Positions 19,337 through 27,819 of a DNA stretch of 64,000 nucleotides are shown in pieces. Below the pieces are notes generated by a model. That model made no database searches. It was given only the letters and a program-made list of their open reading frames with translations, and was not told where the DNA came from. The translations under genes and the position numbers were made by a program. Source of the DNA: Minisyncoccia bacterium (GTDB lineage: Bacteria > Patescibacteriota > Minisyncoccia > Phycocordibacterales > UBA2100). The stretch covers positions 10,286 to 74,285 of the forward strand of contig JBAQUX010000008.1 of the NCBI GenBank assembly GCA_049297775.1. Direction: 5' to 3'. Within the stretch, counting starts at the first letter, position 1, and the number at the start of each line of letters is the position of its first letter.

Positions 19337-19690
19337 ATGAACATCTCATACAAAACAGACAACTTCGATTTAACAGATGAGATTACCAGCTACGCTGAAG
19401 AAAAGGTGGTAAGTTTAGAAAAATTTATAGGCGACCAGGATGCGCATGAAGCAGAGATTTTGGTAGAGCTAAGTAAGGATGAGAAGCATCACTCAGGACT
19501 AATATATCGTGCAGATATCACGGTAATCACCGCTGAACAACGTACTCATGCGGTGGGACATGGTAGTGGAATGAAGGAAGCGCTTGATTTAGCTAAAGAT
19601 GAGCTCAAGCGCCGGCTCACTCGTCGCAAAGGTAGAATGATGCGACTCGTGCGTCATGGACAGAAGCGAATCAAAGATATGTTTCGCTAA
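19337..19690 (+). CDS. hpf: Ribosome hibernation promoting factor (RaiA/HPF, short form)
   Basis: MNISYKTDNFDLTDEITSYAEEKV...ADITV matches the HPF N-terminal domain. Confidence 0.8.
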   Translation: MNISYKTDNFDLTDEITSYAEEKVVSLEKFIGDQDAHEAEILVELSKDEKHHSGLIYRADITVITAEQRTHAVGHGSGMKEALDLAKDELKRRLTRRKGRMMRLVRHGQKRIKDMFR

Positions 19691-19692
19691 GT

Positions 19693-20541
19693 CTAGTTTC
19701 TCGCAAAATCAGAAAAATACATCTCGTTTTTTCCTTCAGGTACAACCCTGTCTAGTATCAGTGTGCCAGCTTCTATATGAGCAGAGATAATTTTTAGTCG
19801 TATCTTTTTTCCGTTTTTATCGAAAATGGTGTATGCACTTGGCCAACCATCATATGCACAAATTTTTTGTAAATTTATTCTTGCATCATCTGCAAGGTTA
19901 ATTTCTGCATCCTTCTTTTCTATCATTTTGCAATACGTCGCTTCCTCGTGATTTTGTTCATGTGGAGTAATGGTACCTCCGACATATGCAGGTAATACTT
20001 CAGCAAGTAGGCGAGCTCCTTCGTTTGCTAAAAGGGTATCGAGTTGTGACCCCATCAGTGGCCACGTCTCCAGCGTAATCGGCTTTTGGGCAATGACGGG
20101 GCCATGATCCATCTTGTGATCAATTATCATTATAGATACTCCTACATGCTCTCGCACATTCGTAAGTAGTGCTGTTCGTATCGGTGACGGTCCGCGCAGT
20201 TTGGGAAGGAGTGATGGGTGCATATTAACGACACCGAGGCGGGGTATGTTTAGGAATTTTTTTGAAAGAATTTGTCCGTATGCGGCAAGTACAAATACAT
20301 CCCATTGCTGTAGACTTATTTCATCGAGTACCTCATCAAGTTTTTCGGGTTGGAGTGTAGGAATATGGTGAGTGTCTGCCCAGATTTTTACTGGCGGGGG
20401 AGTGAGTACTTGTCCGCGTCCAGCTGGCCGGTTAGGTGCAGTAATCACGAGTGTTGGCGGGAAGCCTGCCTGCGTCAGAGCGTCAACACACGCCACTGCA
20501 ATCTCTGGAGTGCCAAGAAACACATAGCGAATTGAACTCAT
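19693..20541 (-). CDS. fmt: Methionyl-tRNA formyltransferase
   Basis: The N-terminus IRYVFLGTPEIAV, NMHPSLLPKLRGPSPI and the C-terminal Fmt domain are present. The def-fmt operon order is conserved. Confidence 0.85.
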   Translation of the reverse strand: MSSIRYVFLGTPEIAVACVDALTQAGFPPTLVITAPNRPAGRGQVLTPPPVKIWADTHHIPTLQPEKLDEVLDEISLQQWDVFVLAAYGQILSKKFLNIPRLGVVNMHPSLLPKLRGPSPIRTALLTNVREHVGVSIMIIDHKMDHGPVIAQKPITLETWPLMGSQLDTLLANEGARLLAEVLPAYVGGTITPHEQNHEEATYCKMIEKKDAEINLADDARINLQKICAYDGWPSAYTIFDKNGKKIRLKIISAHIEAGTLILDRVVPEGKNEMYFSDFARN

Positions 20542-20544
20542 ACA

Positions 20545-21102
20545 CTATGAATTAGGATGTTTAATTTTCGCGTGCTTCCCAGCCTCTTCACGTACTTTTA
20601 GTTCTTCGTCAGTATGCATATCTTCAGCTGTATCAATATACAGCGTGCCATTTAAGTGATCGATTTCATGCTGAAAGATTTGTGCCAGCAATCCTGAAGC
20701 ACCGCGCTCAAATTCCTTGCCGTTTTCATCATATGCGCGCATGGTAACTTTTTCTGATCGCGGGACATACCCCCACCATCCTCGTACGGACAGACATCCT
20801 TCATGAAGTGATTCGGTGACTTTTGAACGTTTTGTAATTTCCGGATTGATACACACGAGCGGTTTTGTTTCTGAGGTGCCGTCTTTTTTTTCAAGGACCT
20901 CAGGAGCGACAACAAACAAACGAACATTCTCACCAATTTGTGGCGCAGCGAGGGCGGCGCCAAGCTTTTCTGCAGCTAGCGTGCGGACCATATTTTTTAT
21001 GAGTGACTGAGTTGCACTTGCGGTAATTTCAGAAACTTCAATTTCTGAAGAGCGGGCACGAAGTACCGGACTTCCTTCCTGAAGAATAGTGAGTGTTGAC
21101 AT
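20545..21102 (-). CDS. def: Peptide deformylase
   Basis: GAALAAPQIG, EGCLS and QHEIDHLNG metal-binding motifs are present. The start is taken at MSTLTILQ (21102). Confidence 0.85.
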   Translation of the reverse strand: MSTLTILQEGSPVLRARSSEIEVSEITASATQSLIKNMVRTLAAEKLGAALAAPQIGENVRLFVVAPEVLEKKDGTSETKPLVCINPEITKRSKVTESLHEGCLSVRGWWGYVPRSEKVTMRAYDENGKEFERGASGLLAQIFQHEIDHLNGTLYIDTAEDMHTDEELKVREEAGKHAKIKHPNS

Positions 21103-21136
21103 GGTGCAAAAGTATAACAAAAAAATCCCAATAAAA

Positions 21137-21156
21137 AAATCCCCGAAAGGATTTTT
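21137..21156. terminator. Small AT-rich hairpin (AAATCC-ccgaaa-GGATTT) with flanking A/T runs; weak bidirectional terminator
   Basis: The hairpin lies immediately upstream of the def start on the minus strand. It is seen only as a stem-loop in the sequence. Confidence 0.35.
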
Positions 21157-21469
21157 GAAAATATAAAAGAGGGGGTGAAGGGTAGTGCGCGGGGCGCTCA
21201 CTACTCCTTCACCTTGCGCTTCTCTCTCCCCCGAAAGGAAGCGACTACCAGCGTCATACGCGACCACAACTCCCTAAGAGGGCGACGGGAGGGGTCAGAC
21301 GACAGGCAGGTGAGACTCTACGCTTATTTTATTGTTTGTCAACAATTTTGACATGTTCAGAGATGAGCGGTAGTGTGCGCTTGTCGAAGAAACGGTATTC
21401 ATCCCGTGGTCGATGGGTCTGGGTGAGCTACCCATACTAAAAGCTCGCACGCATGATAAGGAGTTACTC

Positions 21470-21673
21470 ATGCGAGTAGTACAAGCCTTGGCTGTAACGA
21501 TTGGCGTCGTTGCAGTCTCAGCAATCATCACTGACCAAGCACACGCGCAGTCGTGGTGGATGAAGACTATCAATGCGCAGAAGTGCGCAGAAGGTAATCT
21601 TAAGAAGTGTGGTAAGCACGGGGTTGCCCCCGCCCATACCGCGCCGAAGCCTTTGCAGAAGAAGGCACGCTGA
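21470..21673 (+). CDS. Small secreted Cys-containing protein (67 aa, hypothetical)
   Basis: A strong AAGGAG RBS lies 6 nt upstream of the ATG. The N-terminus MRVVQALAVTIGVVAVSAIITDQAHAQ looks like a signal peptide, and the mature region carries KCAEGNLKKC. A strong terminator follows. Confidence 0.4.
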   Translation: MRVVQALAVTIGVVAVSAIITDQAHAQSWWMKTINAQKCAEGNLKKCGKHGVAPAHTAPKPLQKKAR

Positions 21674-21731
21674 TAGTAAGGCAAAGCTACCCTACGCAGG
21701 GTCGTCGTAGCACGATAAGCTGACCCATGTT

Positions 21732-21770
21732 CCATGGCAGGTTGTACAACTTGCCATGGTTCTTTTTTTT
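21732..21770 (+). terminator. Rho-independent terminator (CCATGGCAGGTTG...CAACTTGCCATGG followed by T9)
   Basis: An approximately 13-bp stem is followed by TTCTTTTTTTT. Confidence 0.7.
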
Positions 21771-21905
21771 GACTCAAAAACAAAAGTATGATATTTGTAT
21801 GCGTAAGAAGTTCGTCGCCAAACGAACATCTTGTCCCAAGGCCTGCCGCCAAAAGGACGGCGCTGCTTCTCACGAAGACTCCCAGCGCCATTTTTTTTAC
21901 ATTCA

Positions 21906-21932
21906 AAATTCTGCAACCGCAGAATTTTTTAA
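21906..21932. terminator. Bidirectional terminator (AATTCTGC-aacc-GCAGAATT followed by T6); priA terminator on the minus strand
   Basis: A perfect 8-bp stem is followed by TTTTTT on the plus strand and TTTTG on the minus strand. Confidence 0.6.
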
Positions 21933-21943
21933 TATCAGCAATG

Positions 21944-23803
21944 TTATGAGATTTTTATTGAAAATTGTTGCGGGAGTGCGCGCAGTGCGTTAACCAGTTG
22001 TTCAGATGGCCACGTGCTTCTCGGCACGTAAATTTTTGTCTCATGGGAGACCGTAGTGCTCGAAATGCGTGTCAGTTCTTTATGGGCACGCGGTTTCCAG
22101 GGCTGGAGAGTGGTAATCATACTTTTAATTGCAGCAACAACTGGTTCACGTTTTCCTGAAATGGTAAGGGTTATCTCCGTTGCCGAAGGGGGAAGTCTTA
22201 ACGAGTTTCTGAGAGGTAGTTCCTCACGCAGGAATGAAGTGAGTTCACCATCCCTCAGTTGTGTTATGAGCGGTGTGTCACCCGTTTGAGAAGTTTCAAT
22301 AACAAGTTCTGTATGCACTTGTTCTCGAATGTGTGCCATAAGTCTGATGGTATCTTCATCGGCAGCAAATGTTGGTGCTGACAAGAAGCCCTCAAGAGAT
22401 GGTATGAGTACGGTATGAAATTCATGTACGTAGGGGAGTAATGCTACCGTTCCCACAACGCAGACTGGCTTCTTGCCTTTAGCAAGCTTTTGCAAAATTT
22501 CATTATTCGATTTTTTGTTTGCCTCAAAAATAGCAACATCCATATCTCCAAATTCAGCACTGAGCATGCGTGCGACGGATTCTGTAGTAACGCCATACAT
22601 TTTTAACTTCCAGCCACCACAGTTTTTGCAAGTGGTGTGTGCACTTTCAGATGCTCCACAGCGTGCACACACGAGAATGCGTTCATCGGTCCGGATGCGC
22701 GTACTCAGTCTCTGTGGTCCGCCACATACAGAACAAATGCACCGCGTGCCACAATCTGTACAAATAACACTTGTCGCAATATTTTTACGAGCAATGATAA
22801 ACGCCATGTGCACATGCAGGTTTTTAAGTTCGACAATCTTAGTGTGAAATGCAGAAGAAAATGTTTTCTTCGATTCTTCAGGAGATTTAGAAGTTATAGT
22901 TGTTGTTGCTGTCCCGCGTATTTTTTGTTGTAGGGGTGCGTACGCTTCAATTAAGCCAGCTTCAATTTCTGCAAATGTCTGCATTCGCAATAACGTATCT
23001 GCATATATGATGCGTGCTCCAGAAGTTTCAGCAATAATTTCTGCAACCACTCGCATATCCAAAAATGGTCGTTCCATGCGTACATATGCGGTACTCGCCT
23101 CCGCCTCAATAACTATCGTCGTAGGAGTTACTGGTAGGGAAAGATACTGTGGTGTGCCAATGATTACGACCGCTTTCGCTGTTTCAGTAGCAATACGAGA
23201 CCAAAACTCAAGTAATTTCTTTTTTGTCGTACCTGCGTGTAAAAAAATTACATGTTTCTCTATACCTTTTTCAATCTCACTTTGTAGTTGTTGACCAATG
23301 CGTTGTTCAGGAACCATAAAGAATATCGACTCCTGCTTGGCAAGTGATTCTCGTGCCAAATTTTTATAGCTAATGCAACGTTCTTTAAACTCTGATTGCA
23401 ATGCATACCTCCGAATAATGCTGGTCTTAGTGCTGATACTTGCAGGTGGCAGTGTCGGCAGTATCTGATAGTTATCAATAATTACTTTAGGGAGGAGAGA
23501 AAAAAGTACAGAGCCACTGGTAGCAGCGTGAAAATTCGCGATACTTTCAATTGATGCAATAAATTGTGCCGAGAGTATTTGTCTCGGTGCATCAGCGCCC
23601 ATCTTCTTCAGTTGAAAGTTTTGGTTTTTTAAGTGAGTCTTTATGTCTTCAACTGCATGCACAGATACTACCAATGCGATGCATGAGGCACTGCGAACGG
23701 GCACCGTTACGAGTGCCCCAGGGTGCACCTCTCGAATCGTGAAGTACGTCAACTCCTCAATTCCCATACCGCGCTGAATTGGAATGACAGAAACTACATT
23801 CAT
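21944..23803 (-). CDS. priA: Primosomal protein N' (PriA) homolog with no recognisable Walker A/B ATPase motifs
   Basis: A PriA-type Cys4-Cys4 zinc region (CTDCG..CICSVCGG....CARCG....CKNCGG) and a PriA-like N-terminus are present, with an LVPE-like block (FFMVPE). No GxxGSGKT/S P-loop occurs anywhere, and the DEEH position reads IEAEAS. Confidence 0.7.
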   Translation of the reverse strand: MNVVSVIPIQRGMGIEELTYFTIREVHPGALVTVPVRSASCIALVVSVHAVEDIKTHLKNQNFQLKKMGADAPRQILSAQFIASIESIANFHAATSGSVLFSLLPKVIIDNYQILPTLPPASISTKTSIIRRYALQSEFKERCISYKNLARESLAKQESIFFMVPEQRIGQQLQSEIEKGIEKHVIFLHAGTTKKKLLEFWSRIATETAKAVVIIGTPQYLSLPVTPTTIVIEAEASTAYVRMERPFLDMRVVAEIIAETSGARIIYADTLLRMQTFAEIEAGLIEAYAPLQQKIRGTATTTITSKSPEESKKTFSSAFHTKIVELKNLHVHMAFIIARKNIATSVICTDCGTRCICSVCGGPQRLSTRIRTDERILVCARCGASESAHTTCKNCGGWKLKMYGVTTESVARMLSAEFGDMDVAIFEANKKSNNEILQKLAKGKKPVCVVGTVALLPYVHEFHTVLIPSLEGFLSAPTFAADEDTIRLMAHIREQVHTELVIETSQTGDTPLITQLRDGELTSFLREELPLRNSLRLPPSATEITLTISGKREPVVAAIKSMITTLQPWKPRAHKELTRISSTTVSHETKIYVPRSTWPSEQLVNALRALPQQFSIKIS

Positions 23804-23878
23804 AGGTAGAGAATACCATAGAGATACTCAAAATCAGCCTACTTTCTATGTTCTTAAAAAACTGGTAGTATACGCCGT

Positions 23879-24895
23879 ATGTCATTCTTTTCACCACAGC
23901 TCGGTATTGACTTAGGAACTACGTATACGCTCGTCTACGTTCCTGGTAAGGGTGTGGTCTTAAATGAGCCTTCTGTCGTTGCTATTGCTGAACAAGAAAA
24001 TAGAATTCTCGCTGTTGGAGATGAGGCAAAAGAAATGATTGGTAGAACACCAGACGATATTATTGCGTACCGTCCTATGAAAGATGGTGTCATCGCTGAT
24101 TACCGTGTCACTGAAGCAATGCTCCGCTACTATATGAGAAAGGCCTTGGGTAAATGGAATTTATTTAAGCCAGATGTGCTTATTTCTGTTCCTGCAGGTG
24201 TCACATCCACTGAACGACGTGCAGTTATTGAGGCCGCACTTAAAGCTGGTGCAAAAACAGCGCAAGTAATTAAGGAGCCTATCTTAGCTGCAATTGGTGC
24301 CGGTATTCCAATTCAAGAAGCACGCGGACACATGATTGTAGACATTGGAGGAGGAACTACTGATGTTGCCGTGATATCGCTTGGTGGTATCGTTGCCTCA
24401 AAATCAGTAAAAGTTGCCGGAAATAAACTTGATCACTCAATTGCCGACTATATAAAAAAGCAACACAATCTTGCCATTGGAGATAAAATGGCTGAACGCA
24501 TAAAAATCACTGTGGGCTCAGCAATACCGCTTGAAGATGAACTTAAAATGGTAGTGAAGGGACGTGACCATCTGACGGGGTTACCGCGCTCAGTTGATTT
24601 AACGAGTAATGAAATAGTCACTGCACTGCAACGAGATTTACGTGAAATGGTCCAAGCAATCCGTGACGTACTCCAAGAGACGCCTCCAGAACTATCTGCA
24701 GACATTATTGATAACGGTATTACGATGACTGGTGGTTCTTCTCAACTCAGAAATCTTACAGAGCTCGTCTATCGTCGCACCGGAGTAAAAGCAGTGCTTG
24801 CCGAGGATGCACCATTCTGTGTTGCGAAGGGGACCGGAGAAGCATTGAAACACCTTGATGTCTACAAAAAAGCAATCACCTCAAAGCGCTGGTAG
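23879..24895 (+). CDS. mreB: Rod shape-determining protein MreB (copy 1)
   Basis: LGIDLGTTYTLVYV and the actin-fold phosphate loops are present. Confidence 0.9.
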   Translation: MSFFSPQLGIDLGTTYTLVYVPGKGVVLNEPSVVAIAEQENRILAVGDEAKEMIGRTPDDIIAYRPMKDGVIADYRVTEAMLRYYMRKALGKWNLFKPDVLISVPAGVTSTERRAVIEAALKAGAKTAQVIKEPILAAIGAGIPIQEARGHMIVDIGGGTTDVAVISLGGIVASKSVKVAGNKLDHSIADYIKKQHNLAIGDKMAERIKITVGSAIPLEDELKMVVKGRDHLTGLPRSVDLTSNEIVTALQRDLREMVQAIRDVLQETPPELSADIIDNGITMTGGSSQLRNLTELVYRRTGVKAVLAEDAPFCVAKGTGEALKHLDVYKKAITSKRW

Positions 24896-24896
24896 T

Positions 24897-25565
24897 ATGA
24901 CGCACTTAGCGCACCATGCATATATTGGGCATGGGTCTACACAAACACTTGCTGAAACAGTAAGAAATTTGGAAAATCATTTTGGGATTACTGTGTCTCA
25001 AAATCACAATGCACATGTGTTTTCTTTGCAGTATTGTGGCGTTGATGATGTGAGAGATGTTATCGATCGGGCATTACTGAGGCCAATTGAAAATGTACAT
25101 GGTGGTTCAGGATATGTACTTCTTGTTGCAGACGGCATTTCATCTGAGGCACAAAATGCATTACTCAAAATTCTCGAAGAACCTCCGGCACATGTATTTC
25201 TGTTTCTCTTTTTTCCAAAGCATCAAATGATTCTGCCAACGGTGTACTCTCGTGTACAACACTTGCCTCAAGTAGAGAATGCGAGTGCTCTTTCAACAGT
25301 TGACCCTCATGAGTTGCTCAGAGCAACCATTCCAGGAAGGCTTAAGCTCATAGATGTCATCACAGAAAATAAGGATAAACACCAGGCGCTGATGCTTCTC
25401 ACCGCGCTTGAAACTGTGCTGGGTGAACAGTTACGTGTGGCGACTGATGCCCATAAATTAGCTATCGCTCAAAAAATTGCACGTATTCAAACAGCGCGCA
25501 AAGACATGGTAATGAGTGGCTCCATGATGAAGATGATCCTCGAAAGCATTGTCCTCTGCATATAA
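24897..25565 (+). CDS. holB: DNA polymerase III delta' subunit (short form)
   Basis: NALLKILEEPP and ILPTVYSRVQ (SRC-like) motifs are present, with no P-loop, as expected for delta'. Confidence 0.7.
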   Translation: MTHLAHHAYIGHGSTQTLAETVRNLENHFGITVSQNHNAHVFSLQYCGVDDVRDVIDRALLRPIENVHGGSGYVLLVADGISSEAQNALLKILEEPPAHVFLFLFFPKHQMILPTVYSRVQHLPQVENASALSTVDPHELLRATIPGRLKLIDVITENKDKHQALMLLTALETVLGEQLRVATDAHKLAIAQKIARIQTARKDMVMSGSMMKMILESIVLCI

Positions 25566-25616
25566 CTCTTCGAATGGTGTCTAGAGCGCACAATATCTCT
25601 ATGGTAGTATACCTTC

Positions 25617-26168
25617 ATGCAATATAATTTTTCTGTATTACAAAAACGAGTTACTGAAATTCAAAACTGGTTAGTAGATGAACATAAATCTATACGAACT
25701 GGGCGCGCAACACCAACATTACTTGATGGTGTAAAAGTTGATGCGTATGGTTCACGTATGCCACTAAACCAAACCGCAACAGTTATGACTGAAGGACCTA
25801 CGACGCTTCGTGTGACGCCATTTGATAGAAGTCTCATGAAAGATGTAGAAAAGGCTATCACCGCTGCTGACCTTGGTGTCAGTATCGGCGCAGACTCAAA
25901 CGGTATACGTGTTACGTTTCCATCTCTTACGTCAGAGCGTCGCACGCAATTAATTAAGCTCGCTAAGCAAAAAATGGAGGAAGCACGCATTACACTTCGT
26001 GGCGAGCGTGATCATGTGTGGACTGAAATTCAAAAACAAGAGAAGGAAGGAATCATGTCTGAGGATGATAAATTCCGTTCAAAAGAAGCTATGGAAAAAA
26101 TAATCACTGGTGCCAATGAGAAATTTGAAGAGCAATTAGAAAAGAAGGAAAAAGAAATAAACGAATAG
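25617..26168 (+). CDS. frr: Ribosome recycling factor
   Basis: Full-length RRF pattern: IRTGRATPTLLDGVKV...ITLRGERD. Confidence 0.9.
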   Translation: MQYNFSVLQKRVTEIQNWLVDEHKSIRTGRATPTLLDGVKVDAYGSRMPLNQTATVMTEGPTTLRVTPFDRSLMKDVEKAITAADLGVSIGADSNGIRVTFPSLTSERRTQLIKLAKQKMEEARITLRGERDHVWTEIQKQEKEGIMSEDDKFRSKEAMEKIITGANEKFEEQLEKKEKEINE

Positions 26169-26173
26169 CTTTC

Positions 26174-27295
26174 ATGAATGTCCTTATATTTATAGCTGTA
26201 CTCGTCATTTTGGTTATTGTGCATGAGTTTGGGCACTTTATTGTCGCAAAACTATTTAAAATAAGAGTTGAGGAGTTTGGAGTCGGGTATCCGCCACGCG
26301 CGTTTACATTTGGTAAATGGGGAGAGACAGAGTACACATTAAACTGGATTCCATTCGGTGGTTTTGTTCGTATATTTGGCGAAGATCCATCAGCACACAT
26401 AGATGGCCCAGAAAAGAAGCGTTCATTTTTGTATAAGCCGTGGTATGTAAAAGCGGCCGTACTTATTGCTGGCGTGGTGTTTAACATGGGCTTTGCAGTC
26501 ATTCTATTTGCACTCTCTGCGTCATCAGGAGCGCCAGTAACTATTGACGAATCGAGCGCTCTTGCCTCGAAAGCTAAGGTGGTTATCACGCAAGTATATG
26601 AGGGCTCGCCAGCAAACGTTGCCGAGATTATGGCTGGCGACATTGTTATGCGTATGAGTGCAGAAAACAATAAAACAAAAACACCAGATACACTTGCAAC
26701 TATTACACCTGCGACATTCTCAGAATTTATTGCTAGTCACGGAGGTAAAAAAGTTTCAATAGATGTCACTCGTGGCATCGAAGAAAAAACTATCGAATTA
26801 ACCCCAGCGCATGGTGTGCTAGAAGGTGATGCGGGGAAGCCAGCTATCGGTGTTCAGCTCGGATTCATTCTGAAGGAGTCAGTGCCTATCTATCAAACAA
26901 TCGGTATCGGGTTTCGAGAAAGCAAAGATTGGTTCGTTGATATTGTAGGAAACGTTGTGCATTTGGTAACCGGTGCGTTTACTGGCACAGCAAATATAAA
27001 GGAAATCTCAGGCCCTGTAGGCATAGCAGTGCATGTGGGCGAATGGTCAGCGCTCGGCTTTGCATACCTTCTGTACTTTACGGCAATAATTTCTGTAAAC
27101 CTTGCGGTGATTAATCTCATTCCAATTCCTGCACTTGATGGAGGCCGACTTCTGTTCGTACTTATAGAAGCAGTGATTCGTCGTGATATTCCACTTAAGT
27201 TTGCGCAAGCATTAAACGCTGTTGGTTTTGGTGCCCTTATTTTACTTATGTTGCTCGTCACGTATAACGATATTTTCAAACTCGTTAAGGGATAA
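26174..27295 (+). CDS. rseP: RIP metalloprotease RseP (site-2 protease)
   Basis: HEFGHFIVAK (HExxH), a PDZ segment and NLIPIPALDGGRLLF are present. Confidence 0.85.
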   Translation: MNVLIFIAVLVILVIVHEFGHFIVAKLFKIRVEEFGVGYPPRAFTFGKWGETEYTLNWIPFGGFVRIFGEDPSAHIDGPEKKRSFLYKPWYVKAAVLIAGVVFNMGFAVILFALSASSGAPVTIDESSALASKAKVVITQVYEGSPANVAEIMAGDIVMRMSAENNKTKTPDTLATITPATFSEFIASHGGKKVSIDVTRGIEEKTIELTPAHGVLEGDAGKPAIGVQLGFILKESVPIYQTIGIGFRESKDWFVDIVGNVVHLVTGAFTGTANIKEISGPVGIAVHVGEWSALGFAYLLYFTAIISVNLAVINLIPIPALDGGRLLFVLIEAVIRRDIPLKFAQALNAVGFGALILLMLLVTYNDIFKLVKG

Positions 27296-27299
27296 CATT

Positions 27300-27326
27300 A
27301 AAAACCCCAGATGATGGGGTTTTTAA
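27300..27326 (+). terminator. Rho-independent terminator (ACCCCA-gatga-TGGGGT followed by TTTT)
   Basis: The hairpin and T-run lie immediately after the rseP stop. Confidence 0.7.
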
Positions 27327-27466
27327 TTACAAAACAATTATTTGGTGTAAGCAAGTTGCAAATATTTACGTGAGGAGTACGCTTCAAAAGTCAGAGTAAG
27401 TCCTCTGATACCACCGTTTCTGGTTAGACCCAGGAACACTTGCGAAACGTCATCAACCTATGAGGT

Positions 27467-27676
27467 ATGAAGATGACACCGAGAACGTACACTGCGAAAG
27501 CAACCGCCCGCATCGTGCAAGCTGCTGTCAACGCGCATCATGGCCAGACCGCCGACACCGCCCTCGCTGCGATCAACGAAGATGGCAAGGATGGTTCGAC
27601 CCTGATGAACGCGATGAACGCCGGCGCCGGAACGACGGATGCTCGCCTCGGATCTGCGGCCCGCTCGTGGGCCTGA
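27467..27676 (+). CDS. Small Ala/Thr-rich ORF of anomalously high GC (69 aa, hypothetical)
   Basis: Local GC is roughly 60-65 % against about 43 % in the flanks. The chosen frame shows strong G/C third-position bias. GAGG lies upstream, and a GC-rich hairpin with T5 lies downstream. Confidence 0.3.
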   Translation: MKMTPRTYTAKATARIVQAAVNAHHGQTADTALAAINEDGKDGSTLMNAMNAGAGTTDARLGSAARSWA

Positions 27677-27819
27677 CCTCAACGCAAGAGCTAGCCCGTA
27701 ACACGGCCGGCTGAACGGGCGCGGCTTGTGTTTACACGAGTCGCGCCTAATTTTTACCTTAAAAATTTCATACTGTTAAGATTTTGATATTCAGAAAATT
27801 GCGCTATAGTACGTCTACT

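Noticed and set aside
21165-21330. Possible SRP/4.5S RNA, RNase P RNA or tmRNA in the GC-rich segment, suggested by CCCCGAAAGGAAGCGAC resembling the SRP domain-IV GGAAGCAGC motif and by a GGGTGAAGGGT..GCGC block resembling RNase P.
   Set aside because: The partner strands of the SRP symmetric loop (GUCAGG...) are absent. No RNase P P4 halves (AGGAAAGUCCGGGC / ACAGAACCCGGCUUA) occur on either strand. No tmRNA tRNA-like end (GGTTCGANTCC...CCA) is present. The resemblance is limited to short GC-rich words.
21295-21906. 203-aa minus-strand ORF spanning the GC-rich intergenic region.
   Set aside because: The product is low-complexity and Ala/Ser/Thr/Cys-rich, with no start context. It runs antisense to a well-formed small gene and crosses two terminators. 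It is most likely a consequence of GC-rich sequence.
27458-27714. Alternative overlapping frames (74 aa on minus, 84 aa on plus) in the high-GC insert.
   Set aside because: All frames are open in GC-rich DNA. Only the 27467-27676 frame shows G/C third-position bias and an upstream GAGG. The others are Arg-rich, GC-artefact translations.
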